DNA of 64,000 bases from an uncultured Candidatus Bathyarchaeia archaeon. Lineage in GTDB: Archaea > Thermoproteota > CALKCG01 > B24 > JAWCPE01. Under the pieces are notes generated by a model. The model was given only the letters and a program-made list of their open reading frames with translations, was not told the DNA's origin and did no database searches. Position 1 is the first letter of the stretch. Each line of letters opens with the position of its first letter. Of this stretch, positions 1-8,738 are shown one piece after another. Both the position numbers and the translations under genes were made by a program. The stretch covers positions 30,971-94,970 of the forward strand of contig CAYNFI010000001.1 in NCBI GenBank assembly GCA_964396445.1, written 5' to 3'.

Positions 1-1
1 G

Positions 2-217
2 ATTGAGGAGCCACCTGATATATTCCATGCAGGGCATATACATATCTTCAAGTATAGAAACTACCGTGGAACACTTATTGTAAACTCAGGCACCTGGCAG
101 AGCCAAACAAGCTACCAGAGAAAAAACGGGTTAAACCCAACCCCAGCCCATATTCCGATTGTGAACCTCAAAACTCTGCAGGTAACCCCCCTAGACTTCA
201 CTCAAATAACTGTATAA
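2..217 (+). CDS. polB: DNA polymerase D small (exonuclease) subunit DP1, C-terminal part (5' truncated by window edge)
   Basis: Manual translation of frame 2 gives IEEPPDIFHAGHIH...YRGTLIVNSGTWQSQTSYQ...NPTPAHIPIVNLKTL*, the characteristic DP1 C-terminus. It lies beside the cdc6 locus. Confidence 0.9.
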   Translation: MEEPPDIFHAGHIHIFKYRNYRGTLIVNSGTWQSQTSYQRKNGLNPTPAHIPIVNLKTLQVTPLDFTQITV

Positions 218-795
218 TCTAGAGGTGGGAAGGAATCGGCTATGATCTTCGCGATTCTTAGAGGCTCAGGAACCTTCCCGAAGAAAGTTGTATTCCGGAT
301 TAAACCACCCGCCGCCTCAGGCTGCATACCAGCAACCTCAAAGTAAAGCGTAAAACCAGTTGGTAGTTCAAGCCTTATCGGTGGACCTGCATGCTTGATC
401 AAAAACATACGGTGTTCCCAATCTTGAAAATGGAGTTTAAGCGCGGCTTCAACAGCGATGGGATCTGGTTTAACATTGATAACGGTGATTACGGGGCGTT
501 CAAACACGTTGTATAAACGTGTTACGTCGACTATGTTAAATCCTCCGTATGGAAGCCCGTGGAGAAGGATAACTTTCATAGACCTTCCCACTTTTTCCCC
601 CATCTCAATGATACGAGAAGTCACGTCTAAACCATCGACATCGATCGCTGAGGCAATTACTCGGTTTATGAACGTGCCTGAAGTTAGAACTCCGATAATG
701 GGGGCTTTTAACATTCTTTGCCCAGAAGGAGAGGTGAAGCACCCATCCTCAACGGTGAGAATCATCGGTTCTCGCAAGGGTTTAACTTCAGACAT
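202..795 (-). CDS. DUF99/UPF0215 family protein (endonuclease V-like fold)
   Basis: Motifs VEDG, VDGLDVT, GLPYGGFNIVD and KVPEPLRIAKIIA. Confidence 0.85.
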   Translation of the reverse strand: MSEVKPLREPMILTVEDGCFTSPSGQRMLKAPIIGVLTSGTFINRVIASAIDVDGLDVTSRIIEMGEKVGRSMKVILLHGLPYGGFNIVDVTRLYNVFERPVITVINVKPDPIAVEAALKLHFQDWEHRMFLIKHAGPPIRLELPTGFTLYFEVAGMQPEAAGGLIRNTTFFGKVPEPLRIAKIIADSFPPLDYTVI

Positions 796-818
796 GGTTA
801 GTGATTATGACGGGGCAT

Positions 819-2054
819 TTAAACAATCTTTTGTAGGTAGTTAGGGGTATAGTTCAGGAGTGAGCTTAAGTGAATGTCGCCTCCAAGCTGGTTACTGGCA
901 ACAGATGGTGTTATGGCTAGTCGCACTTTTTTGGACCTACCATGCCTTCCAAGGCTTACGAGTTTTGCGTTTATCACTCCAAGAGTGTCTAACTCGTTTA
1001 TTAAGCCGCTAACCCTGCGTTGTGTTAAAGGTTCAACGCTTACCTCACCACAGAGTTCACTGTAAACCTCATAGATGTCTCCGGTTAAAGAGTTGTTTAC
1101 GTTGGCTCTGTGAAGTAGGAAGATGCTATAAAGGACAAGCCTCTGATGTAAGGGAAGTGAATTCAAAACTTCGCTAACCCTATCCTGCTCAATTTTTCGC
1201 TGAGCCTTCCTCACATATTCCTCAGTGACTATGTTGACTCTTTCACGCTCAGCAATCTCTGCAGCCGCCCGCAGGAGGTCGAGCGCCCTCCTTGCATCAC
1301 CATGTTCAGTCGCAGCTAGAGCCGCACATAGGCGTAAGGCAGAATCGTGGAACCCGTTTTTAACAAAAGAGGCATGGGCCCGTTCGAGGAGTATATCGTA
1401 CAACTCATCAGCTGTGTAGGGTTTGAATACGATCTCTTCCTCGCTGAGACTGCTTAAGACGCGGGGGTCTAAGAGATCCTTAAAATTGAGGTCGTTTGAG
1501 ATACCTATAAGAACGACTTTACCAACATTAGATGTCTCATTTATTCGCGTTAATTCATAGAGTAGATTATCACCATGGTATTTAACGAGTATATCGACTT
1601 CGTCTAGGACCGCGACTAAGATACCGCCATGAGAGGTTAATCCTTGCTTGAAACGGTCGAAAACCTCGCCTGTAGCCAATCCTGTGAATGGGACGCGTAT
1701 ATGGACAGCATCGCATAGAGATGATAGGACTCTGTAATCTGTCCCTACAAGACGGCAGTTTACGTAACAGGCCTTAACAGGTACATGCACCTCATCACTT
1801 TTCCGAATGAGGTGACCTAATACGAAGTGTGTTACCGCTGTCTTACCGGTGCCAGGCTTCCCATATACGAAGATGTTAGAACATCTAACACTTTGAAGAA
1901 CGGGTGCTAAGGTCCAACCGAGTCTTTGGATTTGTTCGTCACGGTGAGGAAGGTTTTCTGGGACATAATCAGGTCTTAAAACCTCACGGTTCATTAGAAG
2001 AGAGGAGTCTCTTAGAAAATGGTCGAATATCTCAGATAATTGTTGTTGAACCAT
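819..2054 (-). CDS. cdc6: Orc1/Cdc6 replication initiator
   Basis: YVPENLPHRDEQI, Walker A GKPGTGKT, Walker B VLDEVD, GDARRALDLLR, and C-terminal wH (SLGRHGRS). Confidence 0.97.
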   Translation of the reverse strand: MVQQQLSEIFDHFLRDSSLLMNREVLRPDYVPENLPHRDEQIQRLGWTLAPVLQSVRCSNIFVYGKPGTGKTAVTHFVLGHLIRKSDEVHVPVKACYVNCRLVGTDYRVLSSLCDAVHIRVPFTGLATGEVFDRFKQGLTSHGGILVAVLDEVDILVKYHGDNLLYELTRINETSNVGKVVLIGISNDLNFKDLLDPRVLSSLSEEEIVFKPYTADELYDILLERAHASFVKNGFHDSALRLCAALAATEHGDARRALDLLRAAAEIAERERVNIVTEEYVRKAQRKIEQDRVSEVLNSLPLHQRLVLYSIFLLHRANVNNSLTGDIYEVYSELCGEVSVEPLTQRRVSGLINELDTLGVINAKLVSLGRHGRSKKVRLAITPSVASNQLGGDIHLSSLLNYTPNYLQKIV

Positions 2055-2175
2055 ACTGACCCTGGATAGATGCGTTAGTAACTCTAAGGACTAAGCCTCC
2101 TGCATAAAAGATTAACAATAAAAAAAATTCGATAATAGCCCTGAATTTTCTAATTAAAAACTTCAAAAGCCCCAG

Positions 2176-2195
2176 CCCCCTGTTTCCACTCCAAC
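2176..2195 (-). repeat. ORB-like element
   Basis: Minus strand reads GTTGGAGTGGAAACAGGGGG, resembling the ORB consensus GTTCCAGTGGAAAC..AGGGG. Confidence 0.75.
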
Positions 2196-2345
2196 CGATA
2201 CCTAAAATCATGGACAGTTGAAAAAATAAAACAGGTATAAAGGAAAAATTCGTGTTCATTGTAAACATTTTTCGAGCAGAGATTATTTATGTCTTAAAAA
2301 TAATAAACAAGGCGGTTCCTATTCTGTTATAATAACAGAATAAGG

Positions 2346-2362
2346 CCCCATATTTTCCAATG
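2346..2362 (-). repeat. Degenerate/mini ORB-like element
   Basis: Minus strand reads CATTGGAAAATATGGGG (GGAAA core plus G-string). Confidence 0.45.
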
Positions 2363-2366
2363 ATAT

Positions 2367-2387
2367 GTTCCATAGGAAGTGAAGGGG
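2367..2387 (+). repeat. ORB-like element
   Basis: GTTCCATAGGAAGTGAAGGGG, with the TCCA-NN-GGAA dyad and a G-string. Confidence 0.75.
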
Positions 2388-2545
2388 TGGGAGTATCGTA
2401 AAATACTATACCTCTTAAGCGTTCATTCAATAGGCCCAAATGCTTTTGTGAATGACGTGAAGTTAGAAATCCTTGATTATGATAGTGTAACTGAAATCTG
2501 CGACTATTTAACATTTCGTAACAAGTTTTTTCACCAATTCAAGAA

Positions 2546-2566
2546 CCCCTTTATTTCCACTCCACG
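2546..2566 (-). repeat. ORB-like element
   Basis: Minus strand reads CGTGGAGTGGAAATAAAGGGG, nearly identical to the 2176-2195 box. Confidence 0.75.
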
Positions 2567-2754
2567 ATTTTCCCCGTTAAGATTCTATGCGCATATTCTG
2601 TTATAGCCTCTTTGTGAACCTGCGAATAGAGATCTAACCAAAATTCTAAGTTTTTCTCCATTTCTACTCCTTAAATTAGGCTTTTTAGTACACCGATCCC
2701 TTCACAATTTTTTTATTTCGCTAATAAAGTAACTGTGAAGTGAAAGGTGGCAGG

Positions 2755-3189
2755 ATGGCGTCAAAACTGCGTTTTCAAGCCTCTGACACTCAGGGAAATA
2801 GATTCACAATCACCTTTGAAGGGAACGTTTCCCGGGAGAAAATTCTACAAGTCCTAGACCTTATGGAGCTCTTAGGCGGCATCTCCTCTAAAAACACGGT
2901 TCAGGAGGATTCCGGAAGCTTAGATGAATCTACCAAACTTGAAAGGGTACGTGCGCTACTTACGAAGAAATTTCCTATAGGCTGGTTCTCCTCCAAAGAT
3001 GTCCAATCTGTTTACGAAGAAGTTTACAATGAACCCTTAGTTCTAAGTACTGTTTCAACATACCTTCAGAGATTATCAGGAGATAATTTTCTTTTGAAAT
3101 CGGGTTCTAGAGCATTAAGACGGTATAAAATTAACAGGCTTCCACTTAGTAATGAAGGTCATGGGAAGCTTAGACCCTCCTATTTATAA
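2755..3189 (+). CDS. Hypothetical protein with small N-terminal domain and C-terminal winged-HTH-like domain
   Basis: The C-terminal FSSKDVQSVYEEVYNEPLVLSTVSTYLQRL...LLKSGSRALRRY has a wHTH pattern. Start is taken at ATG 2755. Confidence 0.7.
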   Translation: MASKLRFQASDTQGNRFTITFEGNVSREKILQVLDLMELLGGISSKNTVQEDSGSLDESTKLERVRALLTKKFPIGWFSSKDVQSVYEEVYNEPLVLSTVSTYLQRLSGDNFLLKSGSRALRRYKINRLPLSNEGHGKLRPSYL

Positions 3190-3916
3190 AGCTTCGGATT
3201 CTTTCATTGACTCTGTAGATATATGGGAGTTTCTGCGAATCCCTTTCAACATATCCCTCTAAGTAAAGTTTCTTCATAAGCCGCGCTGTATGTTCACGTG
3301 TTTTCCCTAAAGCTTTCTCAATATCTCTTGAAGTTTTTGCACCTTGCCCCCCTAGAATAGTTAACACCTGTAACTCCGTCTGTGTTAAACGCGAAATAAC
3401 CTCTTCTCCCCCAGCCAAGAGAGTCTGCACCCCCACCTTTTCCTCTATCATTGGCTGTGTAACCTCACCAGCCGCGTGGGCGTCATAGGCGGATTTCAAA
3501 ATCATAAACTCCTTCTCCAACTCATCTATGCGTCTAAGTTTACTCCGATTTTCCTCCATTCTTAACACTTTACTCTCCAACTTTCTGAACTCTTCCCTCT
3601 GTGAAATACCTTGGCTTAACGCTTTCTTGCTCGCATCCAAGGATAGGGTAACCGCCTTCTCTAATCTCTCTAAAGGTAAACCCGTCCTACCCCGTTCACC
3701 CCTTAGTTTTTTAATAGAGGCGGAATGTTCTTCCAAGTACCGCCTTATTGACTCAATGGTTACGTCATACGTTTGCAGACGTCGGCTGTACGTGGCTAGA
3801 ACATGTCTTAACATATTCCTTATCTCTTTATACTCCCCGCTAACACGCTGTAACTTCTGGGCATAGAGGACTAGCAACATGATTGACAGTAGCAAAAGCG
3901 CAGCCAATTCAATCAA
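3170..3916 (-). CDS. Membrane-anchored coiled-coil protein with C-terminal winged-HTH
   Basis: N-terminal hydrophobic helix LAALLLLSIMLLVLY, an E/K/R-rich heptad middle, and C-terminal LTQTELQVLTIL...TSRDIEKALGKTREHTARLMKKLYLEGYVER. Confidence 0.75.
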   Translation of the reverse strand: MIELAALLLLSIMLLVLYAQKLQRVSGEYKEIRNMLRHVLATYSRRLQTYDVTIESIRRYLEEHSASIKKLRGERGRTGLPLERLEKAVTLSLDASKKALSQGISQREEFRKLESKVLRMEENRSKLRRIDELEKEFMILKSAYDAHAAGEVTQPMIEEKVGVQTLLAGGEEVISRLTQTELQVLTILGGQGAKTSRDIEKALGKTREHTARLMKKLYLEGYVERDSQKLPYIYRVNERIRSFINRRV

Positions 3917-3955
3917 TGTAGTTGTTTCGATTTCTTTTACCCCCTGATCATATGC

Positions 3956-4546
3956 TTAACTCTTACGCTCAACCTCACTCCGTAAAAGATTAAGGATGAC
4001 ATCGATCTTTGTTATAATCCCTAACATTTTACTCCCTTCCATGACCAGAAGGGCTGAAGCCCCTCTTGACAACGTAAAAATAACATCCTCCACATCTGTG
4101 TTGGGTGGTATTGACGGAAAAACCTCTTCCATAACGTCTTGGACGGGGGTTTCAAAGAAACTACGTACATCCCTTACATGCGTAAGCCGTTTCAAAATAA
4201 GGGATTCCTGAATACTCCCCACAGGGTAACCATTTCTCATTATAGGCAACTGTGAGATATCATATCTCTTCATCAACTCAATCGCCGTCCTTATAGGATG
4301 AGAGGTCTCAACGTATACTACGGGGCCATGCATAACTTCACTAGCAATAGTTGCTTTAGGCCGTGAAGTGTTAATCGTATCAAGAATCCTTTTCAAAGTT
4401 GAAAGTCTAGGGTCAACAGTTCCCTTCTCGATCCGTGAGACAAGGGACTGGCTTAATCCCGCCCTACTAGCTAACTCTTTCTGCGTAAGGTTAGCTGCTA
4501 ATCGCATTACCCTTAAACTGTGACCTGACGGTATCACATGTGACAT
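3956..4546 (-). CDS. XRE-family HTH plus tandem CBS-domain transcriptional regulator
   Basis: LTQKELASRAGLSQSLVSRIEKGTVDPRLSTL followed by CBS motifs (ISQLPI, GIITKID). Start is taken at ATG 4546. Confidence 0.9.
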   Translation of the reverse strand: MSHVIPSGHSLRVMRLAANLTQKELASRAGLSQSLVSRIEKGTVDPRLSTLKRILDTINTSRPKATIASEVMHGPVVYVETSHPIRTAIELMKRYDISQLPIMRNGYPVGSIQESLILKRLTHVRDVRSFFETPVQDVMEEVFPSIPPNTDVEDVIFTLSRGASALLVMEGSKMLGIITKIDVILNLLRSEVERKS

Positions 4547-4573
4547 TAAACGTATCCCAAATGATATGTCACA
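4533..4573. promoter_or_regulatory. Two TnAYAYGTSAY repeats (putative operator) at the start of the HTH-CBS gene
   Basis: Palindromic TCACATGTGA(C) at 4534-4544 and TGATATGTCAC at 4562-4572. Confidence 0.45.
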
Positions 4574-4867
4574 TAGGATGAAGATAAGCATTGTTATTTA
4601 GATCTTAGGGTTCCTTAAGACTTGGATATCTCTAAACATCAAATATTTGCAGAACTCATAGGGCCTATAAAATATACATTATGACGCCCTTCTACCCGTT
4701 TAATTATCTTAAGCTATTAGTAGTTATGAATAAAGAGGATGGTGAGGAAATCTTATTGATGGTAGGTTTGGGTGTATTCTCCATGGATGAAAGGGGTTCA
4801 TAACACCTCTGTAGAAAGATTTAAGAGTTGCATAGAATGGATACATTTTTGTAGACAGAGGGTATAT

Positions 4868-5353
4868 ATGGCTGAATGGGAACATGATCTTAAAGGTTGG
4901 TTGAATTCTGTTCTAGATGACCAAATGGTTAAAATATTATTAAGCGAGAGCTCTTTAACCAGAAGACAGTTCGAGGGACTTCTAATCGACATTTTGAGCG
5001 AAGAAATAGTACAGAAAAGAATAATATACACGGAAAAAGCAAAAATACTACCAAAAAGCGTTACAAGGGGCGCATATAACAGGATACTCACCCAGGCGAG
5101 GAGGAACGTGGTAAAAGCTTTTTTTACTTTATACCTCTTAGGTTACTTAGGTTTATTAGACCTAACACAGTTAAACGATTACATACACTTCGGAAACGAG
5201 ATTAAGGATTACATAGACGCGTATAAAAAAAATGAGAGAAAGGGAGGGGAAGAGATTAATGAGAAGGTTTTAAAAGCCATTCATAAAGAACTTCTAGATA
5301 AAACAAACATGTTGGCTAAACCGTCTTCACTAAAACCCTTAAGCAAGCTGTGA
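4868..5353 (+). CDS. Conserved-looking hypothetical protein, probable HTH DNA-binding
   Basis: LTRRQFEGLLID...KAKILPKSVTRGAYNRILTQARRNV resembles a sigma70-r4/HTH-like pattern. Start is taken at ATG 4868. Confidence 0.65.
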   Translation: MAEWEHDLKGWLNSVLDDQMVKILLSESSLTRRQFEGLLIDILSEEIVQKRIIYTEKAKILPKSVTRGAYNRILTQARRNVVKAFFTLYLLGYLGLLDLTQLNDYIHFGNEIKDYIDAYKKNERKGGEEINEKVLKAIHKELLDKTNMLAKPSSLKPLSKL

Positions 5354-5449
5354 TATGTGATGTATAAAAAGTTAAATTACCTTACATGTGACGCATAAAA
5401 ACCATGGATGATAACACTAAGTAACATTATTTGTGATACGTGATATCAC
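5349..5449 (+). repeat. Three TnAYAYGTGAY repeats
   Basis: TGATATGTGAT at 5351, TTACATGTGAC at 5382, and TGATACGTGAT(ATCAC) at 5434. Confidence 0.5.
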
Positions 5450-5511
5450 TTACCCTTATATTTCTCAAGTGTTTGATAACGTTCGAGTAACGACGGCGGA
5501 GCTGCCTCGAA

Positions 5512-8500
5512 GTGTTGAGACGAACCTACTTACTCACAGTCACTGCTATCTTAACCCTCACCATCATAAGCTTAGGCTCCGGGGTCTCCGCTCAACTTGA
5601 GAAAAATTTTATAGATATCTACGGTACGGTTTATGATGTGAATGGAAAAATTATATCAAACGCGACCGTGATAGTGTTTGACTGGGCTACACTCAACCAC
5701 ACAGTTCGTCAAACCGATTCATCTGGGTACTATTCTATCTCTGTAAAGGGGGTAGAACCATGGGGTAGACACCAATACATCATCTATGTTTATCATAGAG
5801 ACCCCCGAACAGGAGCGATAGACTATATTCCCGCCGTGTATCCTGAGAACATCTATGCCCCGGAAAACCGCGTCACAGAGTCTAGGGAGGTTTCTTTCAG
5901 GTTACATCCCGGCGCCACAGTCAACTTAACTGGCGGGGAACCTGGTGTAGAAGTTTGGAATATTATAAGCTTGGGGAGGCCTTTATGGTATACTTTCGAA
6001 GTTGTTATACCTCAACCTAACTGGACAAAGCCAGTGTTGGGTGTACCCTACATCAGCGTATACGGGAACGCTCCTTATAGGTACGAACTTGCACCTGATG
6101 TGCGATTTATTCCACTAGGCCTTTTTAACAAGAGTTTCAGGGAGCAAGGCTCAGTAAACGTCATTGTTCCAGCTGGAGTTCAAGTTAAGATAATGGGAAA
6201 GGCGGAGATAGTCAATAAGCGAACGCAAACACGTGAGCCTATCAGCTTTTTCATCGATTTAAATGGGCAACCCTTCAACCTTTCCCAAGGGGAGTTGATA
6301 ACGATCGATGTACGCACTTACTCCTATATGTCCAGCGTACAAGCGTTGAAAACACTCGTGGCGGATATCGAAAAGCGTTTAGTTGAAGCAGAATACGTCG
6401 GCTTCTTCGCTGGAGCTGAAAGAGAAGACCTTCAGGCTATTTCAGAGACGATAGTTAGAGCGGAGTTAACGCTTAAGGGAGGTACTAGTGAAGATCTAAA
6501 AGAGGTACGTTTCAAACTCCTTGAGGCAGCATACGCAAATATTGAGAACCTTGAAAGACGCATTAATGATATGTACCTCCTCGCGCAGTCTCATTCCATC
6601 TTCTTCCCCCCATTCTTCGCCGTCTTCATGGTCGTCTTCGCCTCATTCCTCTTCGAAAACAATAGGAAAAAGATCATTACCTCACTCATTCTCTACCCCT
6701 TAGTGGTCGCCGCGCTTTTCTACATCTACCCTGGGTTCACACTTGTTCTTAAGACTATAGTTAACCTAAACCTCTTAGTCACGCAGATACCTGTTCGCGG
6801 TGACCTGTTATTCTCAAGCGTTACAATCCTATCCATCGTACTCACCTTAGCCATTTTCTTCCTGTTTCCAAGGATCTACAAGGAGCCTATAGTTGAGGGA
6901 AAAGCTCCACTTCGAAACGTTGTCCCAGTCATCTTCTCTATAGGTAAGAGAAACGTTAAACGAAGGAAGCTTCGAAGCGCCTTCTGCATACTGTCCATAA
7001 TGATCCTTGTCCTAGGCTTCACAGCCCTAACCTCTTTCTCCCGTGTTTGGGGCATAGTAGTTGAAGGACCCACAACAACAACGGCGTCGGTTAACGGAGT
7101 CCTTCTACAGAGACCTGTTCCTGATAAGACTTCTATAGGTTTCTTCGACTTACTTGAAGCTGAATCCCTTAAAGACTACGGGGCGGGCATAATCGTACCT
7201 AAGGTTGAGAACCAACCATCAGACCGACCGGTTCTTTACATCAACTACTCCCGTGGACAGGTTTGGGAGATCTACGGGGTCGCTGGTGTTATCCCAAGCT
7301 ACGAGGACCGTGGTGTAACCCAGATAAGTAGTTACATCACTGGTGCAACCAACGTTTCCCAAGGAATTGCCCTTAGCAGAACGCTAGCGGATATACTAGG
7401 TGTTTCAGTGGGCGGCTCCTTACAGGTTTTAAATGAGAACGGCAAATTCTATGGAAGCCTTAAGATCATAGGCTTCCTCGACGATTCCTTCTTTAGACTA
7501 AACGATATCAATGGGCTTCCCTTTACCCCGGCTAAGTTCAGAGGCGCCGATGTCGTTAGAACTAATGAAACTGAAACCCTGGTCTTCACTTGGACAGACA
7601 TAGACCAGATGAGGGCGTTTCTCAACCCCGACAGTCGACCTAGTGAAAGACTTGGGATCTCAAGGATCTTCGTTTTCCTAACAGACATCACAGGGGGGAA
7701 GCTGGGGGACTTCGGGAATAGGATGGCGTTGAAGGGTTATATGGCATGGGTTTTTGAATCTGGGAAGCTTACGAAGTATTACACGGGTGAGAAGTTCGAG
7801 GTAAAAGGGGTTGAACAGTTCCTGATCCCCTTCATCCTCGTCGTTTTAAACGTGATGATGGTTATGATGAACCTCCTCTTTGAGCGTAACCGGGAGCTAC
7901 CTCTACTCTCCACACTAGGCCTCAACCCCGCGCACATCGCGAGCCTTTTCCTCGCCGAGTCCATCGTCATGGGCTTCATAGGTGGAGGGCTAGGCTACCT
8001 ACTGGGATTAGGGTCCTATCGCTTGATGACGTTGCTGGGTCCCACTGGCCAGATCGGGGTTAGAGAAAAGCTTGAGTGGTATTGGGGCGTTATCGGTATA
8101 GGCATCGCTCTTCTCGTAACCGTTGTCTCAGCAATCAGACCGGCTACGCGGGCGGCTATGATGGCCACCCCCTCCATGGTTAAGAAGGTTAAGCTGACTG
8201 AACCTGAGCAAAGAGAGAGGGAGAAGGAGTTGTTCAAGGTGTACACAGGGCGGGTTTACAGCATGCCGATAAGGGTTCATGAGAAGGAAGCCCCCTTCTT
8301 CTTCTCCTACCTCTTGGATAGATTAAGGGAATTGTCAGGGCTCCACTATGAGAGAGTTGAAGACCTTACTACCGATGAGCAGGTTATGACAGACGGCACG
8401 AGGATTATTAAGAACAGCTTCACCTACAGCTTCATCGAAGGTAGGAACCAGTACTCAACCATAAATGAATTAACGGCTACAAAGAAGCCGAAAACAGACT

Positions 8501-8637
8501 ACTACTTCCTATCCTTCACCTCGAAACCCAAGGCACCTGGCATACCCGAACACGCCGTCGAAGTCACCGTAACCGTTATGAAGGATATACTCCTCGACTG
8601 GAACACGAGGAAGAGTCAGATAATGGGTCTACGCTAG
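5512..8637 (+). CDS. Large FtsX/MacB-like ABC permease with N-terminal carboxypeptidase-regulatory-like beta domain
   Basis: Signal peptide; IYGTVYDVNGKIISNATV...TDSSGYYSI; GKRNVKRRKLRS; FtsX motif ERNRELPLLSTLGLNPAHIASLFLAES. Confidence 0.8.
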   Translation: MLRRTYLLTVTAILTLTIISLGSGVSAQLEKNFIDIYGTVYDVNGKIISNATVIVFDWATLNHTVRQTDSSGYYSISVKGVEPWGRHQYIIYVYHRDPRTGAIDYIPAVYPENIYAPENRVTESREVSFRLHPGATVNLTGGEPGVEVWNIISLGRPLWYTFEVVIPQPNWTKPVLGVPYISVYGNAPYRYELAPDVRFIPLGLFNKSFREQGSVNVIVPAGVQVKIMGKAEIVNKRTQTREPISFFIDLNGQPFNLSQGELITIDVRTYSYMSSVQALKTLVADIEKRLVEAEYVGFFAGAEREDLQAISETIVRAELTLKGGTSEDLKEVRFKLLEAAYANIENLERRINDMYLLAQSHSIFFPPFFAVFMVVFASFLFENNRKKIITSLILYPLVVAALFYIYPGFTLVLKTIVNLNLLVTQIPVRGDLLFSSVTILSIVLTLAIFFLFPRIYKEPIVEGKAPLRNVVPVIFSIGKRNVKRRKLRSAFCILSIMILVLGFTALTSFSRVWGIVVEGPTTTTASVNGVLLQRPVPDKTSIGFFDLLEAESLKDYGAGIIVPKVENQPSDRPVLYINYSRGQVWEIYGVAGVIPSYEDRGVTQISSYITGATNVSQGIALSRTLADILGVSVGGSLQVLNENGKFYGSLKIIGFLDDSFFRLNDINGLPFTPAKFRGADVVRTNETETLVFTWTDIDQMRAFLNPDSRPSERLGISRIFVFLTDITGGKLGDFGNRMALKGYMAWVFESGKLTKYYTGEKFEVKGVEQFLIPFILVVLNVMMVMMNLLFERNRELPLLSTLGLNPAHIASLFLAESIVMGFIGGGLGYLLGLGSYRLMTLLGPTGQIGVREKLEWYWGVIGIGIALLVTVVSAIRPATRAAMMATPSMVKKVKLTEPEQREREKELFKVYTGRVYSMPIRVHEKEAPFFFSYLLDRLRELSGLHYERVEDLTTDEQVMTDGTRIIKNSFTYSFIEGRNQYSTINELTATKKPKTDYYFLSFTSKPKAPGIPEHAVEVTVTVMKDILLDWNTRKSQIMGLR

Positions 8638-8738
8638 GGCCCTCATAAGAGCATCACATTTTATAATCTATGGATATAATGTCTAACATCTAAGGGTTTA
8701 TAATGAGTATGTAAAAACCTATTACAGGGGTAAAGAAC

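Larger units (their letters stand above)
2060..2700. other. Putative chromosomal replication origin (oriC): AT-rich unwinding tracts with ORB-like boxes
   Basis: About 0.7 kb non-coding region directly upstream of cdc6, with A/T runs at 2105-2165 and 2221-2340 and four G-string ORB-like boxes. Confidence 0.8.

Noticed and set aside
2032..2606. Short ORFs (75-78 aa) in the cdc6 upstream region
   Set aside because: Low-complexity translations of the AT-rich origin that overlap ORB boxes; no recognisable motifs.
4779..4796. CTCCATGGATGAAAGGGG as an extra ORB, and CCATGGATGA repeated at 5402
   Set aside because: The spacing differs from the other ORB boxes, and a 10-bp repeat is expected by chance.
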